A stretch of 64,000 nt of DNA from Prorocentrum cordatum. Taxonomy: Eukaryota. The notes below the pieces were generated by a model that did no database searches, had not been told where the DNA came from, and worked only from the letters and a program-made list of their open reading frames with translations. The DNA lies in the NCBI GenBank assembly GCA_963575745.1, contig CAUYUJ010000001.1:1736001-1800000 (forward strand), written 5' to 3'. Made by a program: the position numbers and the translations under genes. The number at the start of each line of letters is the position of its first letter. Position 1 is the first letter of the stretch. Of this stretch, positions 63,808-64,000 are shown in pieces.

Positions 63808-63920
63808 GTTTGCCACGTGTATGGATTGCCTGCGCGCACCAAACCACACGGGACGCATGGGCGGCCCAGGTGTATTACTTTAATTGGGACGCCAGAGAAT
63901 CTACATGGGACGACCCAGGC
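63808..63920 (+). pseudogene. WW-domain-like fragment in a decayed coding region (~61850-64000)
   Basis: LPRVW...QVYYFNWDARESTWDDP fits the WW consensus LPxxW...YYxN..T.ES.W..P. Confidence 0.55.
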
Positions 63921-64000
63921 AACGCGCTAGTATGTCCAGGATCGAAGAGAGCGTTATTAGCCGACAACGTCGAATAAGTCTGCGACCGCGACGGGAACAT

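Overview
Repeat-dominated, GC-rich eukaryotic DNA, almost certainly from a dinoflagellate: it carries exact and near-exact copies of the 22-nt dinoflagellate spliced leader (DinoSL, DCCGTAGCCATTTTGGCTCAAG). A Prorocentrum-like source is only an inference. I found no securely identifiable host gene, rRNA, tRNA or CRISPR array. The window holds three divergent non-LTR (LINE) retrotransposons: A at about 5.7-9.7 kb (+), B at 12.7-19.15 kb (-) and C at 39.7-44.6 kb (+, with a 2.6-kb internal inversion). Each begins at a DinoSL or stacked SL relics and abuts a purine/pyrimidine microsatellite. There is also a young Copia-type LTR element (51388-59960, 5-bp TSD). It has Gag with CCCH fingers and an RS domain, protease and integrase, but no RT/RNase H; it carries an unknown 636-aa ORF, and its LTRs contain an SL-like motif. 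Other elements are two copies of a ~168-bp MITE with 5-bp TSDs, satellites with 93/186-, 152- and ~90-bp units, and many microsatellites. The strongest candidate for an undescribed system is a set of SL-trans-spliced, microsatellite-associated LINEs whose stacked SL relics may record rounds of retrotransposition, together with an LTR that may mimic the SL.
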